64,000 bases of DNA, taken from contig OX597817.1 in the NCBI GenBank assembly GCA_951406725.2, forward strand, positions 78,306,001 to 78,370,000, written 5' to 3'. The notes under the pieces were generated by a model. The model saw only the letters and a program-made list of their open reading frames with translations, was not told the DNA's origin and ran no database searches. This DNA comes from Octopus vulgaris. Taxonomy: Eukaryota. Positions 13,875-28,082 of this stretch are shown here, piece after piece (position 1 is the first letter of the stretch; each line of letters begins with the position of its first letter). Made by a program: the position numbers and the translations under genes.

Positions 13875-14255
13875 TATTTCATATATATATATATATACAC
13901 ACACACATATATACATATATATATATATACAAATGTAAGTACTTACATATATATAAACATATATACATATAGTACATACACACACACACACATATATATA
14001 TATATACATACATATATACATGCATGCATATCAATAACAGCATGAAATTATAATGAGTTTTGGTTGATAACTGATGAAGGATGAGAATGACCATGCCTTT
14101 TGTTTATGCTTTCTTTGTGTTCCTTTGATCTCTTTCAGAGCAACATTTTATTCCCTCTTTCTCTGTGTGTGTATGTATATCTCTACGTCTGTCTGACTGT
14201 CTGTCTTTCTCTCTTTCTCACTCTATATATATGTATCTATGTATATATATATTTC

Positions 14256-14302
<47 letters not shown>

Positions 14303-14882
14303 CTGTGTATATATATATATATATTCACATGTATATACATATGTATGTATATGAATATATAAATATATACATACATATATATATGTATGTATATATGCAT
14401 ACATACATATATACATATATATACATCCATATATATATATATATATACACACACACATATATATGTATATATATTTTGTATGTATATATATATATCTTTT
14501 AAATGCATTTAAATGAAACATTGAACACCTGCAACTTTCTTGCTTTAAAAAGTAAAGATGCCAGCTATCACTTTAAAAATCTGAGTTACTCATTAAAATT
14601 TAATTAATTTAGTCATGTGATTTTTTAAAATATTGTTTACTTTTTATTACCATTTCCTTGCAACTAAATTCTTTTACATTTTGCTTCCTTTAGTTTTTCT
14701 TTTTTTAAAGATATGTAAACTAACTTCTTCAGGTGAGTAAATTTATAATTTTTAAACAATATTTTTTAGGTAGAAATTAATGCAAGTGCATTTCTCTTTG
14801 AAATTTCATGGCTCTTACTAAATGTGCCAAATTTTACTTCCTTTCAATTTTGGGTAAGATTTGTAAGCAAATTTCATATTCA

Positions 14883-15220
14883 GGTAGGCATGGCTCAGTG
14901 GTTAGACTGTTGGGCTCACAACCAAGATGTAGTGAGTTTGATCCCCAGACTGGGCTGTATGATGTGTTCTTGGTGAAGACACTTTATTTCACATTGCTCT
15001 AGTTCATTCAGCTGCAGAAATGAGTTGCAATGTCACTAGTGCTGAGTTGTATCAGCCTTTGCCTTTCCTTTGAATAACACCAGTGGTGTGGAGAATGGAG
15101 GCTGGTATGCATGGGCGAATGCTGGTCTTCCATAAAGCAGCAACCATACCCAGATTTGTTACTTGGAGGGGAACTTTCTAGGTGCAATCCCATGGTCATT
15201 CATGACTGAAGGGGGCCTCA
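14883..15220 (+). mobile_element. tRNA-derived SINE family D
   Basis: A box tggctcagtgg, B-box-like gagtttgatcc; homologous copy on the minus strand at 55300-55655. Confidence 0.8.
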
Positions 15221-15227
15221 ACAACAA

Positions 15228-15299
<72 letters not shown>

Positions 15300-15301
15300 G
15301 T

Positions 15302-15430
15302 TATCTTTTTATCCCTCTTCTTTCAAATTTGCTTCCATTTCTTGCCGAGTGTCTTCCCGACTCCTAGGGCAAAGAAACTCATAGTATACATTGGTAGGCC
15401 ATTAAACTAAACTCACTAATTCGTTCATTT
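15302..15430 (-). mobile_element. Short insert between TTA tracts; probable 3' UTR end of another TAA-targeting LINE
   Basis: About 130 bp of complex sequence bounded by long (TTA)n on both sides, ending in a TAA tail on the minus strand. Confidence 0.45.
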
Positions 15431-15447
15431 AAAAAAAAATTTTATTA

Positions 15448-16097
<650 letters not shown>

Positions 16098-16310
16098 TTT
16101 ATTATTATTATTATTTACAGTCAGCAACATGGGTTTGTTGCACTGCTAAGTTACTAGGATCTCAAAAAAAGTGACGACTTTTGTCTGGCAGAGTGAGGCC
16201 AAAAACAAAAAGATATCCACATATATACATATACATAAATTGAATATACAGATATGTATATATCTGTTTATATATGTGTGTGTGTGTATTTATATACATA
16301 TATGAATGTA

Positions 16311-16341
<31 letters not shown>

Positions 16342-17176
16342 GTATATATATGTATATGTATATATGTGTGTATATATATATCTATGTATCTATGCATCTA
16401 TCTACCTCTCTATCTATCTATCTATATATATATATGCAGATATTTTATATATGATGATAAATATATAGAGCTATCTATAGACATTACGTACATACAAACA
16501 CACATACATATACACACACTCACATATATACATGTGTATATATATGTATGTATATATATATATGTATACATGTGTGTGAATATATATATATTTGTGTGTG
16601 TGTGTGTGTGTATACACAAAAAGAAAAAGATATTTATAACAACATCAAAACATCAATATCAACAATAAAAACAAGAAATATAGGAATAACAACAAGCAAA
16701 CATAAACAACAAAAATAAATTCATATTCATAAGCTCATAGATATATTTTCCTGCTTTCCTACATATCGAGAATTAATTGTAGACAAAGAGAAAGCTTTAC
16801 TGATGATGAAGTGGAGATGTGGAGAACCAAAGTTGAAAGGCAAAACTGTTATGGAGACAATGGTTCCATTGTCTTTTCCTTTGGTCAAAAATATGAATTC
16901 CTTTGTTCTGTTAGTTAAATAACTTTGTTTAAGGCTTCATTGCAGCAAATTCTTTGAAGTTGCACCATCGAGTAATTGGATTTATTAGGGTCCATAAGAC
17001 TTAGGTGGCTGTGTATTTGAATGTGTGTGAGTGCCTTTATATGAACTTTGTGGTTGGCTCAATGTGTTGAACTTAAGCTGATGGAGGTATACACAAGTTG
17101 CAGTGCTATAAATATAGATATCAATCTATCTATGTACATATACATAGATACATACGTACATATACATACATATATA

Positions 17177-17240
<64 letters not shown>

Positions 17241-17365
17241 TATATAGATATATATACATATATATATGTACATATATGAATATTACATATATATATATAT
17301 ATAATATATGATACATATATATATATATATAATATAATACATATATATATATATATGTATGTTTA

Positions 17366-17408
<43 letters not shown>

Positions 17409-17836
17409 AACAAATGTGTTTAAAGGTATCAATGCAGTGGACTTAAATCCTTAGATATATATATAGCTATATATTCATGCATGCATGCATGAATATACCT
17501 TCGCTAGATTTTCAATTCAGCTACATTCATATATGCATATAGATAGAGATAGAGATATGAATTTAAATATATATATATATATATATATATCCCTCTCTAT
17601 ACATGTATATATATATATACATCTTGATGTATCTATATACAGACATAGAGAGGCATAAGAGGGACATTACATAATACATGCCAGATATGTATTTACATAT
17701 ATAGTCATAGATAGGTTGAGTGTTAGATACATGCATATATATATGTGTGTGTGTATGTGAGTATGTATGTATGTGTATGTATGTGTACATATATGTATGT
17801 ATGTATCCAAGTATTCATACACACACATCCATGCAT

Positions 17837-17909
<73 letters not shown>

Positions 17910-19087
17910 CATTACAGATACTGACACTTGCACATACTTCAAACGAAGTAACAAAACACATAATAAGAGAGAAAATGTGATAGCAACATTATAAGGAAGT
18001 AAAATCTGAAAGTCCTGTGATAATTGTTTAGTCAGTTGATCTTCATATTGAACACACACATACTTTGGAGAGAAACTTATTTAGTAAAGTATTTCTGAGG
18101 TACAATCGTCTATTTTCATTGTATGTGGGTGTTCTTTGTAAATATGTGTGAGAGCTATTTTGCATTTTTTCTCTAGTCTTTGGTTTTGGGATTTTACTCT
18201 TGTTTTCAAAAATAATTTCTCTTGTTTTATCATTCTGTTCTTTTACATTTGTTACTTCTTTCTGTCATTTTGCTAATTATGCTCTGTTTTCTATATTGAA
18301 ATTTATTTCTATATGTCTAGTTCTATGTTCAAACTCTGTAATGCATACTGCTTCAGGTACTTGTCATAGTGTTGGATAATAAGTGAAACAAGTTAATTAA
18401 TTTCTCTCAGCTTTAAAGATGAGTGTTGAGTTCTTTAATCAATTGAAGTCCCATGTTAATTTAGTTAGTGTGTATGTGGTCGAACATTTCACTGGTACAT
18501 GTACCTTAAATGTAACTCTCAAGCAAATTAAGCAGAATACAGTGTAAGAAGGTCAGACCTTTAAATTACAGGTTTAATCTATTATGTGGACTTCCACACA
18601 ATATACATCTACACAATTTTTCTTGTAAGGTTCCATTAGTTGGACTATGGAGTGAGAGCAATCTACCCCAAATGACCGATTTAATAAAGTAGTCATTTTG
18701 AAATATCATTTACATTAGGGAATACAATAAGTACTTGACGAACCTCAGAGGGTATAAATGCTGAAAACATTGTGATTATAACAACCAAGATGGGGCAACT
18801 AATCCAGCTATATCAGTTTTGAAATAATGATAATCCTTCACCATCACTATCATCATCATCTTCATTATCAACAACAGCAACACCATCCTCTTTTTCCTCC
18901 TCCTTCACCTTCTCATCATCATCATCACCACCACCACCATTAAACCATGAAACTAGGAAACCAGTCCTTATGAGTCGGTATGACTTGCAAAAGCAACTCT
19001 ACCTTTACTTCACAATGTATAAAGGTGGGTAGCATTAGCTGGAAAGAAGATAATGCTAGTAGTGACAAGGTAAGAAGGTCAGCAGGT

Positions 19088-19540
19088 TTGAGCTGGCAGA
19101 ATCGTTAGCACACCGGGTAAAATGCTTAGCGGTATTTCACATGTCGGTACGTTCTGAGTTCAAATTCTGCCGAGGTCGACTTTGCCATTCATTCTTTTGG
19201 GGTCAATAAACCCTTTCGTTACCAACCTGGCTGAAACCGGCTCTGGCCCTTTAGTACAAATGTCTGGTTTTCAAAAGTTCTGAATTAAAACCTTCCACCA
19301 AACCTTAGTCACAATTTATGTCCCTAACTCTAGCTTAATGATAACGATGTTATTTTACTTAATTCTTTGTTATATTTAACATAATTGGAAGAAACACTGA
19401 GCATCTCAAAATAAATTCAGTAACGAAAGGGTTAAGTACCAGTTATGCACTGGGGTCAATGTAATCGACTTAATCTTTTTGTCTGTCCTTGTTTGTCCCC
19501 TCTATGTTTAGCCCCTTGAGGGCAGTAAAGAAATAAGAAT
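19088..19540 (+). mobile_element. SINE family B interrupted by a MITE
   Basis: gagctggcagaatcgttagc...gagttcaaattc...ggggtcaataaa [insert] ttaagtaccag...aaagaaataag; uninterrupted copy at 21608-21842. Confidence 0.85.
19211..19431. mobile_element. piggyBac-type MITE (221 bp)
   Basis: Perfect 12-bp TIR CCCTTTCGTTAC / GTAACGAAAGGG; right flank TTAA, left flank TAAA; the sequence is absent from other SINE B copies. Confidence 0.8.
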
Positions 19541-21607
19541 AAAACTCTCAAGGTCCAAAAAGGTGAGTATAAGAAAGAATATAAGATAATGGATTGATGG
19601 AGGTATTGGGGTAGAGAAAGGGTGAATAATTTCATAACAGTGTGAGAGTAGTGTAGTGGATGCTTTGAGATGAGAGTAGAGGTGAATGCAATGAGTGATG
19701 AACAAGGGTGGAGGTATGGTTCATGATGAACATCAATATGGAAGAGTGGAGCAATGTGTGTGTGAGAGGGAGAGAGATAGAGTGAGGGAAAGTGTGAGAG
19801 TGAGAGAGAGTGAGAGAGTGAGAGATAAAGAGTGAGTGAAAGAGAGAGAATGCAAGAGACAAAGACTGAGAAAGTGGGAGATAGAGATAAAGAGTGAGAG
19901 ATAAAGAGAGTGAGTGAGAGAGAGAGAGAGTGCAAGAGACAAAGACTGAGAAAGGAAGAGATAGAGAGAGAGGTAGCCCAGGAAAAAGGAGGTGACAAGA
20001 GACAGCTCTGGAAGAGAAGAGAGGAACAACATCATGATGATGAATAGTATCATCTTACATATTAGAAATTTCATTTAGGTTTCTAAACCCAAGAAGCATC
20101 TGTAGAAACCCACAATCTTATAACTGCTAAAACATTGTGACCATAGCAATCAAGATGAAGACACTACTCTGAATGTATGAGCCTTATAATAAAGGTTTCG
20201 AATTTTGCCACAGGTTCACCAGCTTTCAACGGGAAGGGAAAGTCAATTACATCAAATTCAATATTTGATGAACGGTAATATGAACTCAGAACAAAAAACT
20301 GGAAAAAATGCCAGAGATTCAAATAAGATATACTCTTTTACATGTATTGAGTAATTTTTCTCTCATTTGTATGTCAAAATATAAATGTGTGTGTTGGGGA
20401 GGATGTGCTGTAGAAACAAGGTTTAAATATAGGGAAATTTGTCAGAAATTCTGTGAGACAACTTCATAACTTTGTATAGACATTATATTCAAATTAATCT
20501 GAATATAGTTTGTCCTTCAAGTCTAGTACACATCTTTCATCTCAGTCAATATAATTATTATACTTATTATCATAACAACTTTATGAATAAATATGTGTGT
20601 AACCTTGTACATATCTGTGTGCTCACACATGCACATACATACATACACATGCGCACACACATATATACATACACACACATATATATATATATGCATATCC
20701 ATAAAAATATTTACATATATACACATATACATATTCTTATATACTATATTATATACATATATGTGTGTGTATGCACACACACACACACACACATATACGT
20801 ACATACACACACATACAAATACATACATATGCTTCCACATGAAAGTATGGATGGCTGACTACACTTATGTAAATATTTCATACACATATGTACACACTCA
20901 CACATACACACATACACCCACACGCACACACACAAGCTTACACTCACTCAGTCATTCACACATAGAAGTCTTCAAGCATGTGTCCTGATATACTTAGTTG
21001 CACACACACACACACACACACACGCACACACACACGCACACACATACACATACACACACACATAGCCAGTTGATGTTTAAATGAATTATCTGCACCAACA
21101 GCTTAAGCTAATCAACCTGATGAATGGAATATGACATACATTCCCACACTCCACAATATACACACAAATACAAGCATATATACACCCATATAAACACCTA
21201 TGTAGAAATGCATGATGTTTTGTACACACACATAGAATTCCCTACACATACACATATGCACACAGGCACATACACAAATGTACACATGACACACTATACA
21301 TATTTAGTTTTCATTTCACAATATCTAAGCTTCACATAATGCATTCAATATATCTTCAATATTACATAGATTATACTAGCACCAAATATTTCCATTGAAA
21401 TTGCTATGCACCAGCTTTTAGATAAACATACATGATACAAGATGTAACATCTCCATATGTTTATATCAATGATTATGGATAAAATTCCTATGCACAACAC
21501 AAAGGAGTGTAATGCCATAGTTAGTGTGTAAGGGAGATAATTCACGGAAATTATTTTTTTTCATGAATTCAAACAAAGTCACATCATTATTGTTATCATT
21601 TTAATGT

Positions 21608-21842
21608 AAGGTAGCGAGCTGGCAGAAGCGTTAACACACTGGGCGAAATGCTTAGCGGTATTTCGTCTGCCGCTATGTTCTGAGTTCAAATTCCGCCAAG
21701 GTCGACTTTACCTTTCATCCTTTCAGGGTCAATTAAATAAGTACCAGTTACGCACTGGGGTCGATATAATTGACTTAATCCGTTTGTCTGTCCTTGTTTG
21801 TCCCTTCTGTGTTTAGCCCCTTGTGGGTAGTAAAGAAATAGG
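21608..21842 (+). mobile_element. SINE family B, full length
   Basis: tRNA-like head with gagttcaaattcc B box; many copies in the window. Confidence 0.85.
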
Positions 21843-21875
21843 TATTGTTTTAATGTCCACTTTTACATGCTTACA

Positions 21876-22180
21876 TGGAGGCACAATGGCCCAGTGGTTA
21901 GGGCAGCAGACTCATGGTCGGAGGATCGTGGTTTCGATTCTCAGACTAGGCCTTATGTGTGTTTATTGAGCGAAAACACCTAAAAGCTCCACGAGTCTCT
22001 GGCAGGGGGTGGTGGCGACCCCTGTAGTTCTTTCGCCACAACTTTCTCTCACTCTCTCTTCCTGTTTCTTGAGTAACACTGCAATGAACTGGTGTCTGGT
22101 CCAGCTGGGGGGAACACATACGCCACAGGAACTGGGAAACCAGGCCCATGAGCCTGGATAGGCTTGAAAAGGGAGACTTT
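21876..22180 (+). mobile_element. tRNA-derived SINE family C (Meta/V-domain-like core) with 15-bp target-site duplication
   Basis: A box tggcccagtgg, B box ggtttcgattc, core ctgcaatgaactggtgtctggtccagctgggggg; TSD ttttacatgcttaca at 21861-21875 and 22181-22195. Confidence 0.8.
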
Positions 22181-22204
22181 TTTTACATGCTTACAGTATC
22201 ATAA

Positions 22205-22438
22205 CATTCCCAGACTAGTTCTGCAGCACACTAAAAGATGACAGCACATGGTTGTGCACACATTGAGAGCTAACAGTGACCTTCATGAAGCAGTGTGTCA
22301 GGTGACATCGTTGTGTTTATTTCACAGGTTGTGAAATTTTTTTCATTGTGATCATGTGTATGCCATAGTCTGCAATTTTGTCATGGATCGGAAGTTGAAA
22401 CAAAGAACCGACATAAAATTTTGCATTAAACTTGGGTC
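22205..22438 (+). mobile_element. mariner transposon 5' fragment
   Basis: ATG at 22383 reads MDRKLKQRTDIKFCIKLG, matching the mariner N-terminal EQR..IKFC.KLG motif, then breaks off. Confidence 0.6.
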
Positions 22439-22612
22439 GAGGGTGGCTTTGCAACAAAAGGGTAATAAAGCTCTGAATACATTAAGCCATCTGTCCACTA
22501 TTTAGTGGGGTGTAGGGGTTAGAATTCAGGGTTGAATCACACACTGGCTGCTGGACATCCCCTGATCACATTAATTCCTCTTTGCTGAAGCTGCATTCAC
22601 TAAATGCAATTG

Positions 22613-22981
22613 TTTTACTTGTTTCAGTCATTTGACTGTGGCCATGCTGGAGTGCCATCTTGAAGAGTTTTAGTTAAGCAAATTGGCCCAGGACTTATTT
22701 CTTAAGCCTAGTACTTATTATATTGGTCTCTTTTGCTGAACCGCTAAGTCATGAGGATTTAAACACATCAACACCAATTGTCAAGCAGTGATGGAGGGAC
22801 AAACACACACACACACACAAGAAGTTTCTTTCAGTTTCCATCTACCAAATCCACTCACAAGGCTTTGGTTGGCCTGAGGCTATAGTAGAAGACACTTGTG
22901 CAAGGTGCCATGCAGTGGCACTGAACCTGGAACCATGTGGTTGGGAAGCAAACTTCTTACCACACAGCCATGCCTGTACCT
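22613..22981 (-). mobile_element. SINE family A
   Basis: Matches 29990-30380. Confidence 0.85.
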
Positions 22982-23374
22982 ATATATATATATAAATGTC
23001 TCAAAACTTGGCTCAAGGTCAGGAATTTAAAGGGGCAATAAGTTACTCAATGGCAGTGACCCCAGTATATCACTGTTACTTTATTTAATCAATCCTGAAA
23101 AGTTGGCAGCAAAGTTGCCCTCAGTGGAATTTTGGCTCAAAACATGATGAACAAGAAGATAGTTATTATGTCCAATATGCTGATAATTCTGATGGCTCGA
23201 AGCCTTACTTTTAGACGCAATGGTCAGGGTTCCAATGCTGACCAAAATATGAAAATTAATGCAAAAAGGAAAATTACATTAAAAACCTTTTCTCATCCAC
23301 TTTCTGTTTACAGCATAGGGAGTTGAAACTCAGTGGGAAGTTGTAGAGATATGTACTTAGCTGAAGTTAATTGC

Positions 23375-23850
23375 CATTGTAATCATCATCATCGTCATCA
23401 TTTTCATCATCATCATCGTCATCGTCATCGTCGTCATCATCATCATCATCATCATCATCATCACCATTATCATCATCGTCATCATTATCATTATCATCGT
23501 CGTCATTGTCATCATCATCATCATTGTCATCATCATCATTATCATCATCATCATCACTATTATCATCATCATCATCATTATCGTTATCATTATCATCATC
23601 ATTGTCATCATCATCATTATCATCATCATCATCATCACCATTATCATCATCATCATCATTATCATTATCATTGTCATCATCATTGTCATAATTATCATTG
23701 TTATCATCGCTGTCACTATCTTTACCATCATCTTTATTATCATCACCATCATCATCACTGTCATCATTTTTGTCATTGTCAACATTGTCGTCATCGTTCC
23801 CCTCCTCCTCCTCCTCATCATCAGCAGCAGCAGCAACAGCAGTAGCAGCA
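23375..23850 (+). repeat. Degenerate (CAT)n microsatellite
   Basis: Read directly; source of the His-rich and Met-rich spurious ORFs. Confidence 0.9.
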
Positions 23851-24854
23851 TTGTCATTGTTTTAGATTCACTGTCTCTTGGCAGTATAGTTATGATAGAA
23901 TCCCCCAACAGAATCTTTAAAAGCCCCAATGCTTTTTCTACCATCAGCTCTTTTAATTAGTTGCCTCTTGCAGCATGAAGGGACATGGTATAACTTATTC
24001 TAAAATTGAACAGGCATGGTACTTCTCTGACTATCATATGGGAAAGAACATACACATATGCTAATTTCTCTATTTACAAACAATTACAAGTTTATATGAG
24101 GTGTTTAAAAACAGAGTGTCATAAGCACCAACCTGGCCATTTTCGAGGTTAGTATATCATTTTCTTTGTCTTAATGTCTAGAATCTGAAAATGTTGGGTG
24201 GAAGAAACAGTGAGGCTTGCAATAAGGTCGAAAATCTTGCTGAAAAAAATTGTACCAAGATGCTTTTGACACGATGCTTGTTCACCCAACCTCAGACCAA
24301 AGAGTTTAATCACACTCCATCGTAAGCACACATGCTCAATCAACAAATTTGGTGTGGTCCCTGTATCCTTTCTCAAGATGTTATGGCACATTATCTAAAA
24401 TTCCTCTTTACCATTGTAACAATAATGGGCTATTATCTTATTATCTTGTCTTACCTCTCAAAGATACTTACCTTGGTATATTAAAACACAAACAATACTT
24501 TTGGGTGGGGAGTTCTATGTTTTTTTCTAGGTATTATGGCCAAAATATGCAATGTGATACATCATTTCATGGTACCGGTATATTCTACAAAATGAGAAAG
24601 ATGCAGTCATTGTTTCATCTTTCAGACAGATATATAAATAAATAATTTTACATAGGTGGAATGATTAGAGAAGGTCTGCACGGTCATTTTAGGTTCAAAA
24701 CCAGCTTCCTAACTTCATTCCTAGCTGAGATATCACATTCTGAAAATCACGAAACTTTGACTACGTTTTGCTTGGTATTAAAGTTGTGGCTCTTCTGCCG
24801 GTCTGTTACTAAATGTCTCATATGATGTGCCAGATCCTGGTCCCTTGTGGAGAG

Positions 24855-25235
24855 ACTGTGATGACGGTGCTGGTTGCAGTGGCAACAGTAGCAATGATGG
24901 AAGTGATGGTGGTCATGGTGATGACAGCAGTGGCAGTGGTGGTGCTGGTGCTGGTTAATGTGGTGACGACAGTAGCAATGATGGAAGTGATGCTGGTAGT
25001 CGTGGTAGTCGTTGTGATGACAGTGGTGGCAGTGACGGTGCTGGTATTGGTGATGACAGTGCTGGTTGCAGCGGTGATTGTGGTGATGACAGCAGCAATA
25101 ATGGAAATGATGGTGGTCGTGGTAGTAACTGTCGTGGTGATGGCAGTGGCATTGGTGGTGCTGGTGACGGTGTTGTGGTAGTGATGGTGGTAGTGGAATT
25201 GGTGGTGATAGTGCTGGTACTGATGCTACTGCTAG
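24855..25235 (+). repeat. Degenerate (GTG/GAT)n tract with a higher-order repeat
   Basis: Recurring acag(t/c)agcaat(g/a)atggaa(g/a)tgatg unit at about 24885, 24970 and 25089. Confidence 0.75.
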
Positions 25236-25495
25236 CTTCTGCAGAGTACTAAATTCATAGCAGGCACTCGAAAAAAAAACAAATACATAAGAATGACATC
25301 TGTGGTAAATTTTTTTGATAAGGTTTCCTCCTTTTTTCGCTTTTTTCTGTTCTTTTTCTTTTCCTCTTTTTTTTTTGATAAATACTGATAATGTTATCAA
25401 CTTAAAAGGAAGCTAGAAGCCACTGTTTCACTTGTGTTATCTACCATAAGTAGTTCTTGGTAGAACAAACTACACTATATATACATATATCCATG

Positions 25496-25527
<32 letters not shown>

Positions 25528-25581
25528 TATACATATGTACATATATATATATATATATACATAGATATATATACATATATG

Positions 25582-25653
<72 letters not shown>

Positions 25654-25673
25654 CATACATATATATATCATAT

Positions 25674-27427
25674 TTCATCATAGTCTTCCAGGCAATAACA
25701 GAGGTATTTAAGACATGCTGCCCCTGGGAACTCCTCTATGCTGATGACTTTGTCCTTATAGCTGAATCACTACCAGAATTAGAACAGAAGTTCTAGGTAT
25801 AGAATTGAAGGGCCTTAGAGTTAACCTAGTAAAAGCCAAAGTCTTAGTAGGTAGGAAGGCAGACAAATTACAGATCCCTTCACCTTGGCCCAGCTCAATG
25901 TGTAGAAAAGGCATATGTAGAAACTCCATAAGATACACCTGGTGTAAGCTTTGGACTCAGAAGAAGTGTAGCAATATCAAAGGAAGGTTAACAGGGAAAA
26001 TAGCTTTTGTGTGTGGAAGATGCACAGGTATAATAAACGCTGAAAATGTCCAGAAAATAGACTCCATCAACTGCCAGGAGGGTAAGCTAGAGTTAGTAGA
26101 TAGCTTCTGTTATCTAGGTGACCAAGTTAGTAGTGGAGGTGGATGCTCTGAGAACGTAACTGTGAGAATAAGATTAGGCTGGGCAAAGTTCAGAGAGCTT
26201 CTACCTCTGCAAGCAACAAAGAGCCTCTCTCTCAGAGTTAAAGGCAGATTGTGTGATGCCTGTGTGCAAACAGCTATGCTACATGGCAATGAAACACGGG
26301 CTGTGACAGCCAAAGACATACATAGGCTTGAAAGGATTGAGGTCAGTATGCTTTGCTGGATGTGCAATGTTAGTGTGCATGTTCAAGAGAGTGTAAGCAT
26401 CTTGAGAGAAATGTTGTGCATAAGAGGCATCAGATGTGGTGCACTAGAGAGATGACTGTGCTGATCTTGTGATGCATATGGACAAGGACAGCTGAGTAAA
26501 GAAGTACCAATCTCCAACTGTGGAGGGAACCTGTGGAGGGAACCTGTGGAGGGCCCCAGGAAGACATGGGGTGAGGTGGTGAAACATGAGGCAATGACTA
26601 GTGACTGAGACCTTTTGTGATATGATATGCTTGAGAAGAATACCCATCAAGCCAAGTGAAATTATAATCATGGCTGATGCTGATGCTGATGTTGTGCCAC
26701 TGGCACCCGTGCCAGTGGCATGTAAAGAGCGTCTTTTGAGTATTGAGTAAGCATTAGGTAAGCATCTTGAGAGAAAAATTGGGCTTAAGAGACATCAGAT
26801 ATGGTGGGCAAGAGAGGCGACTGTGCTGGTATGGTCATGTGATGTGTGTGGACGAGGATATCTGTGAAAAGAAGTACCAATCTCTAACAGTGAAGGAAAC
26901 CTGTGGCAGAGGTAGACCCAGGAAGCCATGGGATGAGGTGGTGGAGCATGAGGCAATGACTAGTGACCGAGACCTTTGGCTATATACTGTGCTTGAGAAG
27001 ACCCATCAAACCAAGTGAAATCGTAATTATGGCTGATGCTGGTAGCATGTAACTGGTGGTTCCCCTGCCAGTTGTACATACGATAAAGCAGCTTTCAAGC
27101 ATTGGGCCTCATGGAGGCAAAGTGGCTGAGCTCCTGTTGAGTGTTGGGCCTCATAGAGGGAATGACCAAGACCTTTAGCATAATGTCACGCTTGATAAGA
27201 AGACCTACCAACCCAAGTAAAATTGCAGTTGTGGCAGATACTGGTGTCATGCAAATGACACCCATGCCAGTAGTGTTCCTGAAGTGGTTGGCATTAAGAA
27301 GGGCATCCAGCCATAGAAATTATACCAAATCAGACTGCTATCTGGTGCATTCTTCCAGCTTGCCAGCTCTGGTCAAACCGTCCAGCCCATGCCAGTAGGA
27401 CAACGGATGCTAAATGATGATGATGAT
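25674..27427 (+). mobile_element. 5'-truncated RTE-clade LINE with RT YADD motif, duplicated 3' segment and (GAT)n tail
   Basis: PWELLYADD at about 25722-25748; ORF 25805-26455 (GLRVNLVKAKV, FCYLGD, RIRLGWAKFREL); ORF 26767-27018 (RRLCWYGHVM...GRGRPRKPW); 3' UTR ending ccaacccatgc/agcccatgc...(GAT)n. Confidence 0.9.
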
Positions 27428-27431
27428 TATG

Positions 27432-27632
27432 ATTGACCGCATGTGTACCGTTGGCGATTTTTTTTCCTCTGTCTTCCCTTCTCTGGATCTTTCCTTCTCC
27501 TATGTTTCCGACGAAGAGCTCCGCTCGAAACGTTAAACCCTCCTTCATCCTGAGCGTCCAATAATACTATATTTGTTCTATGTCCTCGCATTGTTGTGTT
27601 TTCTCTTTGTGTTTTCATGTTTGGATTAACTA
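27432..27632 (+). mobile_element. Penelope-like element pLTR-type remnant with a hammerhead-like motif (core mutated)
   Basis: gttt-ccgacga-a-gagc-tcc-gctc-gaaa-cgtt-aaac at 27504-27538; homologous to 54036-54232; ends in a TA-rich tract. Confidence 0.65.
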
Positions 27633-28051
27633 AATATATATACTGTTGTGTCAGGGGAGAGTCATTTTCTTTTTGTGCCTTATAATGTAACACACTCACT
27701 GGTAAAATTTCCATTTATTTCTTATTTTCATTTTCCTAAAATTTTCGTTGCACCTTGCAACCTTTTCAATAGTCTTGACTCTGTCCATTATTTACACTGC
27801 GTTCCCTTTTGTTTGTTTGTGCGCATGTGTGTAGGTCAGTGTGTGTGTGTGTACCTATGCATGCATGTACGTATGTATGTGTGTATGTATGTATGTGTAT
27901 GTATGTATATATGTGTGTGTGTGCATCTGTATGTATGTATCCTCTATATTCATGTACTTGCATGTCCATGTTTGTGTATTTTCTATGTATGTGTGTGTGT
28001 GAGCATGTATTTGTATATGTATGCACCTCTGTCTCCTTGTGTGTGCATGTC

Positions 28052-28082
<31 letters not shown>

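Noticed and set aside
16783-16920. Open frames after ttgtag (QRESFTDDEVEMWRTK...) as an exon
   Set aside because: Weak acceptor, no clear donor, several frames open and no recognisable protein.
17470-17497. Perfect 28-bp palindrome
   Set aside because: Built from self-complementary (CATG)n and TA repeats; low complexity.
23333-23944. His-rich 170 aa and Met-rich 195 aa ORFs as metal-binding proteins
   Set aside because: A degenerate (CAT)n tract, open on both strands, with no complex coding flanks.
24747-25400. His/Cys-rich or Thr/Pro-rich mucin-like exon on the minus strand
   Set aside because: The Thr-rich register shifts frame near 25170 and the Pro-rich frame stops at 24955; a decayed trinucleotide repeat explains it better.
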